A program made the translations under genes and the position numbers. Shown one piece after another: positions 39,201-51,107 of a stretch of DNA of 64,000 nucleotides. Positions within the stretch are counted from its first letter, which is position 1, and each line of letters begins with the position of its first letter. The stretch spans positions 69,626,001-69,690,000 of the forward strand of contig OZ286466.1 of NCBI GenBank assembly GCA_965644265.1. The letters run 5' to 3'. Source of the DNA: Glycera tridactyla. Lineage: Eukaryota. Below the pieces are notes generated by a model, which saw nothing but the letters and a program-made list of their open reading frames with translations, made no database searches and was not told the origin of the DNA.

Positions 39201-42200
39201 GCAGCCGCATCAGGGTGTGAGGTAAGCCACATCAGGGTTTGGTGTTAGCCACATCAGCGTATGAGGTAAGCCACATCAGGGTTTGAGGTTACCCACATCA
39301 GGGTTTGAGGTAGGCCGCATCAGTGTATGAGGTTAGCCACATCAGGGTTTGAGGTAAGCCGCATCAGGATTTGGTGTGAGCCACATCAGGGTATGAGATA
39401 AGCCACATCAGGGTTCGAGGTTAGCCACATCAGATAGTGAGGTAAGCCGCATCAGGGTATGAGGTTAGCCACATCAGGGTTTGAGGTGAGCTGCATCATG
39501 GTTTGAGGTAAGCCACATCAGGGTATGAGGTAAGCCACATCAGGGTATGAGGTTAGCCACATAGGGGTATGAGGTTAGCCACATCGGGTATGAGGTAAGC
39601 CACATCAGGGTATGAGAAAGCCACATCAGGGTATGAGGTTAGCTGCATCCGGGTTTGAGGTTGGCCACATCAGGGTTCGGTGTTAGCCACATCAGGGTTT
39701 GGTGTTAGCCACATCAGGGTTTGGTGTTGGCCACATCAGGGTTTGAGGTAAGCCACATCAGGGTATGAGGTGAGCCGCATCAGGGTATGAGGTCAGCATC
39801 AGGGTTCGGTGTTAGCCACATCAGGGTTTGAGGTAAGCCACATCAGGGTATAAGGTAAGCCACATCAGGGTTTGAGGTAAGCCGCATCAGGGTTTGGGGT
39901 TAGCATCAGGGTTTGGTGTCAGTCACATCAGGGTTTGGTGTTAGCCACATCAAGGTTTGCTGTTAGCCACTTCAGGGTTTGAGGTGAGCCATATCAGGGT
40001 TTGGTGTTCACCACATCAGGGTATGAGGTAAGCCACATCAGGGTTTGGTGTCAGTCACATCAGGGTTTGGTGTTAGCCACATCAAGGTTTGCTGTCAGCC
40101 ACTTCAGGGTTTGAGGTGAGCCATATCAAGGTTTGGTGTTCACCACATCAGGGTATGAGGTAAGCCACATCAGGGTTTGAGGTTAGCCACATCAGGGTTC
40201 GAGGTAAGCCACATCAGGGTCTGAGGTTAGCTGCATCAGGGTATGAGGTAAGCCACGTCAGGGTTAGAGATTACCCGCATCAAGGTATGAGGTAAGCCAC
40301 ATCAGGGTTTGAGGTTAGCCACATCAGGGTTTGAGGTAACCCGCATCAGGGTTGGGGGTTAGCATCAGGGTTTGGTGTTAGTCACATCAGGGTTTGAGGT
40401 GAGCCACATCAGGGTTTGAGGTTAGCATCAGGGTTTGGTGTTAGTCACATCAGGGTTTGGTGTTAGCCACATCAGGGTTTGGTGTTAGCCACATCAGGAT
40501 ATGGGGTAGGCAACATCAGGGTTTGAGGTTAGCCACATCAGGGTTTGAGGTAAGCCACATCAGGGAATAAGGTTATCCACATTCAGGTTTGGGGTAAGTT
40601 GCATCACGGTTTGAGGTAAGCCACATCAGCATATAAGGTAAGCCACATCAGGGTATGAGGTTGGCCACATCAGGGTTTGGTGTTAGCCACATCAGGGTTC
40701 GGTGTTAGCCACATCAGGGTTTGGTGTTAGCCACATCAGGGTTTGAAGTAAGCCACATCAGAGTTTGAGGTAGGCCGCAACAGGGTTTGAGGTGAGCATC
40801 AGGGTTTGGTGTTAGCCACATCAGGGTATGAGGTAAGCCACATCAGGTTATGGGGTAAGCCACATCAGGGTTTGAGGTAAGCCACATCAGGGTTTGATGG
40901 CAGCCGCATCAGGGTGTGAGGTAAGCCACATCAGGGTTTGGTGTTAGCCACATCAGCGTATGAGGTAAGCCACATCAGGGTTTGAGGTAAGCCGCATCAG
41001 TGTATGAGGTTAGCCCATCAGGGTTTGGTGTAAGCCACATCAGGATTTGGTGTTAGCCACATCAAGGTATGAGATAAGCCACATCAGGGTTCGAGGTTAG
41101 CCACATCAGATAGTGAGGTAAGCCACATCAGGGTATGAGGTTAGCCACATCAGGGTTTGAGGTGAGCTGCATCATGGTTTGAGGTAAGCCACATCAGGGT
41201 ATGAGGTAAGCCACATCAGGGTATGAGGTTAGCCACATCAGGGTTTGAGGTGAGCTGCATCATGGTTTGAGGTAAGCCACATCAGGGTATGAGGTAAGCC
41301 ACATCAGGGTATGAGGTTAGCCACATAGGGGTATGAGGTAAGCCACATCAGGGTATGAGAAAGCCACATCAGGGTATGAGGTTAGCTGCATCCGGGTTTG
41401 AGGTTAGCCACATCAGGGTTTGGTGTTAGCCACATCAGGGTTTGGTGTTAGCCACATCAGGGTTTGGTGTTGGCCACATCAGGGTTTGAGGTAAGCCACA
41501 TCAGGGTATGAGGTAAGCAGCATCAGGGTATGAGGTCAGCATCAGGGTTCGGTGTTAGCCACATCAGGGTTTGAGGTAAGCCACATCAGGGTATGAGGTA
41601 AGCCACATCAGGGTCTGAGGTAAGCCCCATCAGGGTTGGGGTTAGCATCAGGGTTTGGTGTCAGTCACATCAGGGTTCGGTGTTAGCCACATCAAGGTTT
41701 GTTGTTAGCCACTTCAGGATTTGAGGTGAGCCATATCAGGGTTTGGTGTTCACCACATCAGGGTATGAGGTAAGCCACATCAGGGTTTGAGGTTAGCCAC
41801 ATCAGGGTTGGGGGTTAGCATCAGGGTTTGGTGTCAGTCACATCAGGGTTTGGTGTTAGCCACATCAAGGTTTGCTGTTAGCCACTTCAGGGTTTGAGGT
41901 GAGCCATATCAGGGTTTGGTGTTCACCACATCAGGGTATGAGGTAAGCCACATCAGGGTTTGAGGTTAGCCACATCAGGGTTTGAGGTAAGCCGCATCAG
42001 GGTTGGGGGTTAGCATCAGGGTTTGGTGTTAGTCACATCAGGGTTCGGTGTTAGCCAAATCAGGGTTTGGTGTTAGCCACATCAGGGTATGAGGTAAGCC
42101 ACATCAGGGTTTGAGGTGAGCCACATCAGGGTTGTGTGTTTGCCACATTAGGGTATGATGTAAGCCACATCAGGGTTTGAGGTTAGCCTCATCAGGGTTT

Positions 42201-43091
42201 GAGGTAAGCCGCATCAGGGTTGGGGGTTAGCATCAGGGTTTGGTGTTAGTCACATCAGGGTTTGGTGTGAGCCACATCAGGGTTTGGTATCAGCCATATC
42301 AGGGTATGAGGTAAGCCACATCAGGGTTTGAGGTTAGCCACATCAGGGTTTGAGGTAAGCCACATCAGGGTATGAGGTAAGCCACATCAGGGTATGAGGT
42401 AAGCCACAACAGGGTTTGAGGTTAGCCACAACAGGGTTTGAGGTAAGCCGCATCAGGGTTTGAGGTTAGCATCAGGGTTTGGTGTTAGCCACATCAGGGT
42501 TTGAGGTTAGCCACATCAGGGTTTGGTGTTAGACACATCAGGGTATGAGGTAAGCCACATCAGGGTATGAGGTTAGCCACATCAGGGTTTGAGGTTAGCC
42601 ACATCAGGGTTTGAGGTAAGCCACATCAGGGTTTGAGGTTAGCCACATCAGGGTTTGAGGTAAGCCACATCAGGGTATGAGGTGAGCCACATCAGGGTTT
42701 GAGGTAAGCCACATCAGGGTTTGAGGCTAGCCACATCAGGTTTTGAGGTAAGCCGCATCAGGGTGTGAGGTTAGCCACATCAGGGTATGAGGTAAGCCAC
42801 ATCAGGGTTTGAGGTAAGCCGCATCAGGGTGTGAGGTTAGCCACATCAGGGTATGAGGTAAGCCACATCAGGGTTTGAGGTTAGCCACATCAGGGTTTGG
42901 TACTAGCCACATCAGGGTTTGAAGTAAGCCACATTAGGGTTTGAGGTAAGCTGCATCAGGGTTTGAGGTTAGCCACATCAGGGTTTGGTGTTAGCCACAT
43001 CAGGGTTTGGTGTTAACCACATCAGGGTATGAGGTAAGCCACATCAGGGTTTGAGGTTAGCCACATCAGGGTTTGAGGTTAGCCCCATCAG
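36280..43091. repeat. 22-bp satellite, consensus GGGTTTGAGGTTAGCCACATCA (19-bp deletion variants), roughly 300 units
   Basis: Read directly; unit count estimated as length/22. Confidence 0.95.
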
Positions 43092-43667
43092 CTCTTCTGG
43101 TTAGTTGAATTGGATTTCATGATAGATTTCTTTGAATTTCTGGTTGATCATATCATGGTTTGAGGTCAACAACATCAGGGTTGAGGTTAGCCTTATATGA
43201 CTAACTTCAAACTCATCTACTGCTTAGATGTCCTGAGTTTCATCTATGCCACATCAGGACCAAGATTTCTGTGTCTTCACCATGTTGTCTAAGCTATGTT
43301 AAGACAAAATTACTACAAAAAGTGATAGAATACACCCTTTCGCTCATGATAAGGAATAATATTAACTTCACAACATGTTCATGAATGAGAAAATTGAGAA
43401 AGAAAACTTGAAGTGGGAAGAATGATACACCCATCATACCACCAGATGGCACTAACATTTAGTTCCATCAACAACTGATAGGTGGCACCTGCTTACAGTC
43501 CTGTGTTAGTAAGAAGAACAAACGCATTTCTTTGGCCAATGAAATGGGAAAAAACAAAAAACGCACAAACACGATTCCTGATGTGGCATACTTTTTTCAA
43601 GAGGAAAATTAGAGAAAAATGAATGAGCATGCAAGTTGGATCATTTTGAAAAAATGGAACGTTTGTT

Positions 43668-43829
43668 TGAGGTAAGCCACATCAGGTCAAAGTAAGCCAC
43701 ATCAGGTCAAAGTAAGCCACATCAGGTCAAAGTATGCCACATCAGGTCGAAAGTAAGCCACATCAGGTAGAGTAAGCCACATCAGGTTGAAAGGTAAGCC
43801 ACATCAGGTCCAAAGTAAGCCATAACAGG
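43668..43829. repeat. 20-bp derivative minisatellite GTAAGCCACATCAGGTCAAA, about 7-8 copies
   Basis: Shares the GTAAGCCACATCAGG core with the 22-bp satellite. Confidence 0.85.
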
Positions 43830-43840
43830 GATTGGCAAAT

Positions 43841-43841
<1 letters not shown>

Positions 43842-43888
<47 letters not shown>
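43842..43888. repeat. (CA)n microsatellite (others at ~44035-44070, ~58963-59020, ~62324-62404)
   Basis: Read directly. Confidence 0.9.
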
Positions 43889-43890
<2 letters not shown>

Positions 43891-43911
43891 TTTCAAATTC
43901 ATTCCATGTCA

Positions 43912-44032
43912 ATGACATGATACACAGGCAACAGGGCCATGAAATGTGTCAAATGCCCAAGCCCGGGGCTTCATACAGGGTTTGAACCCACAACCTCCTA
44001 ATAAGGCACCCACTGCCAGCAACACACTGACT

Positions 44033-44035
<3 letters not shown>
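43912..44035 (-). mobile_element. tRNA-derived SINE family A, copy 1
   Basis: Shares CATGAAATGTGT..., GGGTT(T/C)GAACCCACAACC and AAGGCACCCAC..CCAGCAACAC with 58720-58842, and is reverse-complementary to part of 61081-61228. Confidence 0.55.
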
Positions 44036-44071
<36 letters not shown>

Positions 44072-44527
44072 AAACTCTTTATGNNNNNNNNNNNNNNNNN
44101 NNNNNNNNNNNNNNNNNNNNNNNNNNNNNNNNNNNNNNNNNNNNNNNNNNNNNNNNNNNNNNNNNNNNNNNNNNNNNNNNNNNNNNNNNNNNNNNNNNNN
44201 NNNNNNNNNNNCATGACATAAGGTAGATGAAGATAAGGGCAGACAAGCATATTAAGGATGGAATTAATCAGTGTTTGGGGCTGCTCTCGGCTGACACAAC
44301 CATATGCCCGTATTTGCTCACAATCACCACCATAGACGCCTCATTTCCGGACCATACACCATCTCCCTACTCTATCAAATGTTAACCCCTTCATGCTCAC
44401 ATCAATCTAAGATGCTCACAGGAAACATGTACGGACAATATCCCATGACAAGAGTCAGAATTGGTTGAAGATTAGCCATTTGGAGAAGTGCATATCTACC
44501 ACTGGTTACAGTACTGAGTTTTTCACC

Positions 44528-44704
44528 GAGTGAAACCTGCAATGAGAGACCCCTCAATGAGGGACCACCTCTGACAGGAGACCATTTTTTCAGGACAGCT
44601 TCTCTACTTGACAAAGTCTAATGTACCTCTGACGAGAGAACACCTGTTTTGAGAGACCGCTTTTTTGTGACATTTAGGGTGGTCTCTGGTCACAGGTTTC
44701 ACAG
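44528..44704. mobile_element. Tc1/mariner-type MITE (CAGTGAAACCTG...CAGGTTTCACTG family, ends slightly decayed)
   Basis: Inverted ends GAGTGAAACCTG / CAGGTTTCACAG-TA; an intact left end TA-CAGTGAAACCTGCAA of the same family is at 63984-64000. Confidence 0.6.
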
Positions 44705-45424
44705 TATATCTCAGTTTATCTTCCTAACGACATTACGGCTGAAATCCACTGATACGAGTCACCCACACCACGTCTCAGTTGGTCACAGATGCACAAGAGA
44801 AACTGATTGCAGTGGGAAGATGCTGATAATTGTCCATCCTCTGCAGCTACCATCATCATGCAATTAGCATCACTGTCATCATCATCACCAGCATCATCTT
44901 CATCATTATCTCCACCTTCACTATCATGCTACATCAATTCTGACATTCATGCACATCAGCCCCACATCAATACATCACGACCTGTTTGACAAAGTCTGAC
45001 TTATTTCATGGCACAGTGTTGGATATCAGAGGAGATTGTGAGACATTTGTCTCACATTTGAGTGTGATGTCTCACAGTTTGAAAAGAGGTGAGACAAATG
45101 TCTCACTTCAGTCACACCCCAGGGCAAACCCTTGTATATTTGTTTCATTCTCTTTGTGTAAAATGTCTCATATTTTGAATATTGGCGAGACAAATGTATC
45201 ACTTCAGCCATACCTCACAGCCAACACTTATTGCATCGAAACAACAATTCCCTTGAATGTACAAGAAAAAAGGCCTTTATCATGATATTCTGGTAGCATC
45301 GTGATAAATCAGAATGCTGTGGCTATGAAATGAGATGTCAAAAGATATTATGAAAACTTTATAAAAGTTGCAAGAGAAATTGTGATGATAGAAGAGAAAG
45401 AAAGGGATTCAAAAAATAATCTGA

Positions 45425-45603
45425 TCATTAAACCCTGACAATATGCACTGCATAACCTTATGATGATCATTCTGTGAAAGTTTGGTGAAAATCGCATGTA
45501 AAATGAATGAGGAGTTGCGCAGCCAAGAAAGTGTGACGGACTGACAGACTGACGGCGGCCACTATTTTAATATCCCTACGCCTTTCGGCGAGGGATAATA
45601 ATA
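45425..45603 (+). mobile_element. Helentron/HINE-like non-autonomous element end
   Basis: GACGGACTGACAGACTGACGG microrepeat followed by the terminal hairpin TCCCTACGCC-TTTC-GGCGAGGGA and TAATAA. Confidence 0.4.
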
Positions 45604-46052
45604 AAATTGATCCCAATAGGGTAACACTGATCAATGGAATCAAAATCCAATTTGATTGATTGAATGTGTGCCCACAAACCACATCCAAGGAGAGAGGAAG
45701 AGAGAGAGATGAAGTGAGGAGAGAGGAGAGAGAGAGAGGGAGGCAGCGAAAGAGAGAGGGGGGGGGGGGGGGGGGGAGAGGGATACAACTGGGATCCATT
45801 CTTCCAAAATCACTTCAAAAAAAGTCCTGTTAAGCCTTAAAATCTTTGAAGGCTCGACATGACTTATCCCTATGAATTGAATCGAAAGGATGAACAACAA
45901 TAACTTTCAATGGTTCATTGCAGTAGTGGAAATCTTAAGTCACACTGGTTTATAATACACCCAAAACAATCTGAAATATCAATGGGCTTGGCTCAACGTT
46001 GAAAGGTCTCTGGTTGCATAGCAACTAAAAATGTAATAGGATTGAAGATTAA

Positions 46053-46303
46053 ACCTAGCCCCCCTTTGAAGCAAGGTTTGATACTCATTCTATGACATTT
46101 CCATGTCGCTAGTGCTAACATACCCACCTTGGGTCCCACCCAGTATGTTAGCACATTCAATCCACTACACCCTACAAATGCAGATCGTCTTCAAAAATTG
46201 ATGCTGAATTGCTCGACACTCGCTTTTGAAAGGCTATGTTAGCAGCAGTGACATGGAAATGTCATAGGTTGAGTATCAAACTACGCGCCAAGGGGAGCTA
46301 GGT
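46053..46303. mobile_element. MITE with long (~75 bp, interrupted) TIRs and TTAA flanks
   Basis: TTAA-ACCTAGCCCCC...GTTTGATACTCATTCTATGACATTTCCATGTC ... GACATGGAAATGTCATAGGTTGAGTATCAAAC...GGGGAGCTAGGT-TTAA. Confidence 0.7.
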
Positions 46304-46776
46304 TTAATCTTTAATTAACCGCGTGATGATAACAATGTAAAGTATTGTGATGATGCCACAATCAACTGCTGGGAGCTTGTTTCCATGGACACAGACTGAT
46401 CTTATGCTCTTCATGCTATTAACCATCCCAGCTTTAGATATAGGGGTGTCAAATACTGGAACAGTCTTGATCACGAGGTAAAAACTCGTAGTTCCGTAGC
46501 AGTTCTTGAAAAATGCCTGAGTAATGACCACTCATTGGGCTAGAGTATGCAGTTTCCCATAGTATCAAATATATTGGGGTGGCTATCTGTTAAAGGGGTG
46601 CTGTCTGACGATGAGCTGGTCAGAACAATGCAACGACTTGATCACTACTGCTTCTGTGAAGCACTACTCTCGTGACACATATTAATGAATACTATCCGTA
46701 GTACTGCGTGAGCACGTCATATGACCCCTCGGGGTCTCGTGTTTGTATGTGTCATATTGTATATGTTTTGTATATA

Positions 46777-46954
46777 CAGTAAAACCTGCTTGAGTGTAAA
46801 CCTGCGCTAGGCAAAATCCTGTCTTAGGCACATACACCACGGTCTGCCTGGATGTTTTTTTCCTCACTATAATTGTACTGCGCTAAGCAAAATCCTGTCT
46901 TAAGTGGAAGAAAAATTTGGTCCCAGGACTTTTCACTCAAGACAGGTTTTACTG
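46777..46954. mobile_element. Tc1/mariner-type MITE with TA target duplication
   Basis: TA-CAGTAAAACCTGCTTGAGTG ... CACTCAAGACAGGTTTTACTG-TA. Confidence 0.8.
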
Positions 46955-47779
46955 TACCTTGTATCATAGTTTCACGCAATAAACATTTTCGTATTCGTAT
47001 TTGTATTCCCTTATAGTTTTCCATCATGACTCTATACATGAGTATGAAAAATAGCTCTGAATTCGAGTAAAAACGTTATGGCAGCTAGAAGATTCTCATG
47101 TCAAATTGTGCACATATGAACAGTCTTCATCAAAAACTTATGCAACCACTCTCCGCTCAGGTAACTAATATAGAATAATCACAATTTGTACCAATTTGAA
47201 AAGAAAAATGAGCTGATACTAGGCTATTTTGAGGTCAAAATGTCTGTGTGAGTGATTTCCTAATCAAGGCGTGAATTTCGAATTGTTCATCATGTGACTG
47301 GTTTTGGAAAGTCCATCAACCCATCTTCAGCTGAGGTTTTGTTCTTCAGAATCATACATGTCTGGTATATATAACACCACAAAGAATACAAGAAAAATTA
47401 AAAATGACCCATCGGGAGAGTGACTTTGGTCTTTTCACTCTCCTGAAACCCACTCCACCCCCGGGATCCAGGAGACTTTCTGATCAACTGAAAGATTAAC
47501 AATCGCCCATCGGGAGAGTGACTTTGATCTTTTCACTGTCCGGAAACCCAACTCACTTTCCCTGAGATTCAGGATACTGCACGAATATTTGTGAAACGTA
47601 AGAAGTACCCCAACAGCACTCAGAGTAAGGTGAAGTTCTGTTGAAAATGTTTCAACAAACACCCATCTCACCATGTCAGTTCCAGGCAGTTGCAACTTTG
47701 TTGTTGTGTCGGCGTGATCTCTTAATGGACTGATTAGAGAATTTTTCATCCGGAAGGATTAGTTGTCATCCCTGGAGAT

Positions 47780-48130
47780 TACATTTCATCCAACAGGATT
47801 ATGAGATGTCTCATCCCATGGTGTCATCTCCAGGGCTCACATCTCAACCTATGTCCCAGCCCCAGAAATTATATCTCACCTCTCATTTCACAACATTATG
47901 TCTCATCTCATGGGATATCTTCCAATTTCATGAGACTGTGTCTTATCCCATGGGATATTGTCCGACTTCATGAAATTATGTCTCATCCCATGAGATATTG
48001 TCCGACTTCATACAATTATGTTTGATCCCATGAAATGTTGTTTCATTCAATGAGATTATGTTCCATCCCATCTCATCAAAAAGACTATGTATCATCCCAT
48101 GGGATTATGTCTAATCCAAGGGGATTAGGC
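47780..48130. repeat. Degenerate tandem repeat built on ATTATGTCTCATCCCATG(G/A)GAT
   Basis: The motif recurs many times with variable spacing. Confidence 0.6.
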
Positions 48131-49654
48131 AGGGCTCTGCACTAAGGGTTGCCTTACTGTCAGATTCATTGTTAGGACAAGTGAGCTTATCAATAAACGA
48201 GCAGTAACCAGTGCCTTTTCATCCATCGGACACATACAATTTGCCCAAGTTGCTTATGAGCTTCCAAGATGTGCCAAAACTTTTCTCTGGCAATGTTTCT
48301 GGTTCACACATAATGCAATCTGGATTGCTCATGTGACGGATGCACCAGCAAAGTGTTCTAGCAGCATGGAGATAAATGTATCCCTGTGGTACACCACAGT
48401 AATGGACAAATGGCATGCCCTGTCCTTATTAGGTTTCTCTGCGGTTTGAATTCGGAGGAGCGGCATGACACNNNNNNNNNNNNNNNNNNNNNNNNNNNNN
48501 NNNNNNNNNNNNNNNNNNNNNNNNNNNNNNNNNNNNNNNNNNNNNNNNNNNNNNNNNNNNNNNNNNNNNNNNNNNNNNNNNNNNNNNNNNNNNNNNNNNN
48601 NNNNNNNNNNNNNNNNNNNNNNNNNNNNNNNNNNNNNNNNNNNNNNNNNNNNNNNNNNNNNNNNNNNNNNNNNNNNNNNNNNNNNNNNNNNNNNNNNNNN
48701 NNNNNNNNNNNNNNNNNNNNNNNNNNNNGACTATGACACATTTCCTGGCCTTCTTTTCATTTGGGAAATGAAATGCATTTGAAAAGAATTCAGTAGATTT
48801 GAGTGGTGAATTTGCAAGAGATTGAGATGTTGTTTCTGCCATTGTGATATGCAACACTCCACCTATTTCATTCCATATACCCCATTCTCATGAAAAGCAC
48901 CAGCTTCTCATGTCTGCTGAGGATTATCTGTTGCTGTTGACAAGTGTTTGTTTGTCTGTTCGTTTGAGATTCAAAGGCATGTATCAACCCAGAGGATTAT
49001 GTATGCTGTATGTTCCTGACCAATGAAGCCTATTCTCTCCCCTGCGGGCATCACTTACACAAACATTGAACACAAGATGATGGGGAACCTGAAAGTTTGT
49101 CACGTAGAAGTAGCTGACAGTTCAAACACATCTCTACCTACTCAACATGAACAGAATAAACCTAACAATGGCATATCTAACAATGTAACTGGCTGAAAAC
49201 TGACACTCAAGACAAATAGCAATGCTTTTTTTTTTTTTTTAGCAAAGCACAGCACTTGAAACAAGGAAACGTATTAGCAATACACAACCAATGAATTCAA
49301 TCACAACTGTCTCAAGGGAAGTGTTACTGCACCACATGAAGAAAACACTACTTTGCTATGATCAAACGATTCCCTTTTCTCTGGCAAGGAAGTCCCTGGA
49401 TCCAGTGTATAACCTGCACACTCAGCATTTTTTTGGCTTACTTCTTCAATAGCAGCCAATGCTGGAGGGCAAAAAGTGCAATGTAGCGGAGCACTCAGTT
49501 GACGATCACTTATACACTCAGAGTGCTACTCCTTGGAGAGACACTCAGATATAAAGGGCATAGGCCTGTGACAACACATCGGAGGTAGACCTCATGTGTG
49601 GAATGGACCCATCATGGTGAATGTTTGACATGTTCTATACTGGATGTGAAGTTG

Positions 49655-50153
49655 GTTACATTCGGAATGAGATCAAAGGTAGCATTGGTGCTTCAAGGGG
49701 CTTTGGATATCTCAGTGTACCATTTGTTACATTCGGAATGAGTTCAAAGGTAGCATTTGTGCTTCAAGGGGCTTTGGATACCTCAGTGTGCCATTTGTTA
49801 CATTCAGAATGAGTTCAAAGGTAGTATTTGTGCTTCAAGGGGCTTTGGATACCTCAGTGTGCCATTTGTCACATTCAGAATGAGTTCAAAGGTAGCATTT
49901 GTGCTTCAAGGGGCTTTGGATATCTCAGTGTACCATTTGTTACATTCGGAATGAGTTCAAAGGTAGCATTTGTGCTTCAAGGGGCTTTGGATACCTCAGT
50001 GTGCCATTTGTTACATTCAGAATGAGTTCAAAGGTAGCATTGGTGCTTCAAGGGGCTTTTGATACTTCAGTGTACCATTTGCTACATTCGGAATGAGTTC
50101 AAAGGTAGCATTTGTGCTCCAAGGGGCTCTGGATACCTCAGTGTGCCATTTGT
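49655..50153. repeat. 71-bp tandem repeat, about 7 copies
   Basis: ORF-track offsets 49757/49828/49899; unit ...TTACATTCGGAATGAGTTCAAAGGTAGCATTTGTGCTTCAAGGGGCTTTGGATACCTCAGTGTGCCATTTG. Confidence 0.9.
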
Positions 50154-50498
50154 GCTCGATGGCTGCAAGAGTCAAAACAGGAAAGCTCAAAAGCATCATA
50201 AATACACAAATTTCCTCCAAGTTGGGGACATCAGTGAGATGGACATCTAGATTTTATATCTCAGTAGCCACTTGATATGAAAACTTTCTGTATTCTCATC
50301 TTCCATGTAGCCATGGAAACATATGCTCATATCCACACAGAATTTAAAAGATTTCCGACCTATTCCTAGTAACAATCAACTCAACATCATGAATAATTTC
50401 CCCAGAGGACAATGTCCATCTTCATTCTATTATACTCAGCAATTTATGCAAAAAAAGATAATCCCCACTTAACTCTCTCTAGGGTCTACTCTGGAGGT

Positions 50499-50713
50499 TC
50501 ACCCAGTGCATGCCGACTGGGATATCAAAGGCCGGCCGTATATTTAGGAGCCTTTTCCTTTACGCACGTTAAAGATCCACAGCTGTCTTTCGCAAAGAGT
50601 AGGGACGGCCCCCGGCTGGCAGTGACTCTTTTCTTCAGCATTTTCAGTGTTTTCAGTCCGATATAACCCATGCGGGTTTAAGTGACGTTAAACTCAAACA
50701 AACAAACAACAAA
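50499..50713 (+). mobile_element. 5'-truncated SINE with (AAAC)n tail and a 13-bp TSD
   Basis: TSD CTACTCTGGAGGT at 50486-98 and 50714-26; tail GACGTTAAACTCAAACAAACAAAC. The internal GCACGTTAAAGATCC resembles the Meta-type SINE central domain (from memory, unverified). Confidence 0.75.
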
Positions 50714-51056
50714 CTACTCTGGAGGTCATGGGATAAAATGCCATGAGATAAATTGGCTTGCGCCAGAGCAATGACATTGGCCTGAATGATTTGTCTTAAA
50801 TTTCGAATGGATGAATTATTTTAGCTGCATGCATGTACTTTGTGAAGAGTAAGAGGAGTGCTCTTTTCTTCAACAAATATGGTTTCTTTTCTGAAGAATA
50901 ATGTAAAAATACCACACAAAAATACCAAAAACTTTAGAATTTTAAAATTTTCTTGGTAGTTCAATATTTGTCCAGACTATATGTTCTTAGACTGACCATA
51001 ATGTCAGTCTCGAAAAATCCTGCTTAAGTTGAAGAGAAGTTAAGCCCTATGCATTA

Positions 51057-51107
51057 AATCCATCCATCCATCCATCCATCCATCCATCCATCCATCCATC
51101 AATCCAT
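51057..51107. repeat. (ATCC)n microsatellite
   Basis: Read directly. Confidence 0.9.

Noticed and set aside
36280-43091. CRISPR array or true telomere
   Set aside because: No unique spacers and no cas genes; the repeats are not pure TTAGGG and are flanked by ordinary DNA on both sides.
46304-46531. Minus-strand ORF with protein-like composition (TTSFYLVIKTVPVFDTPISKAG...)
   Set aside because: In-frame stops immediately upstream, no recognisable family and no clear splice signals. It could be a decayed transposon fragment, but I cannot support that.
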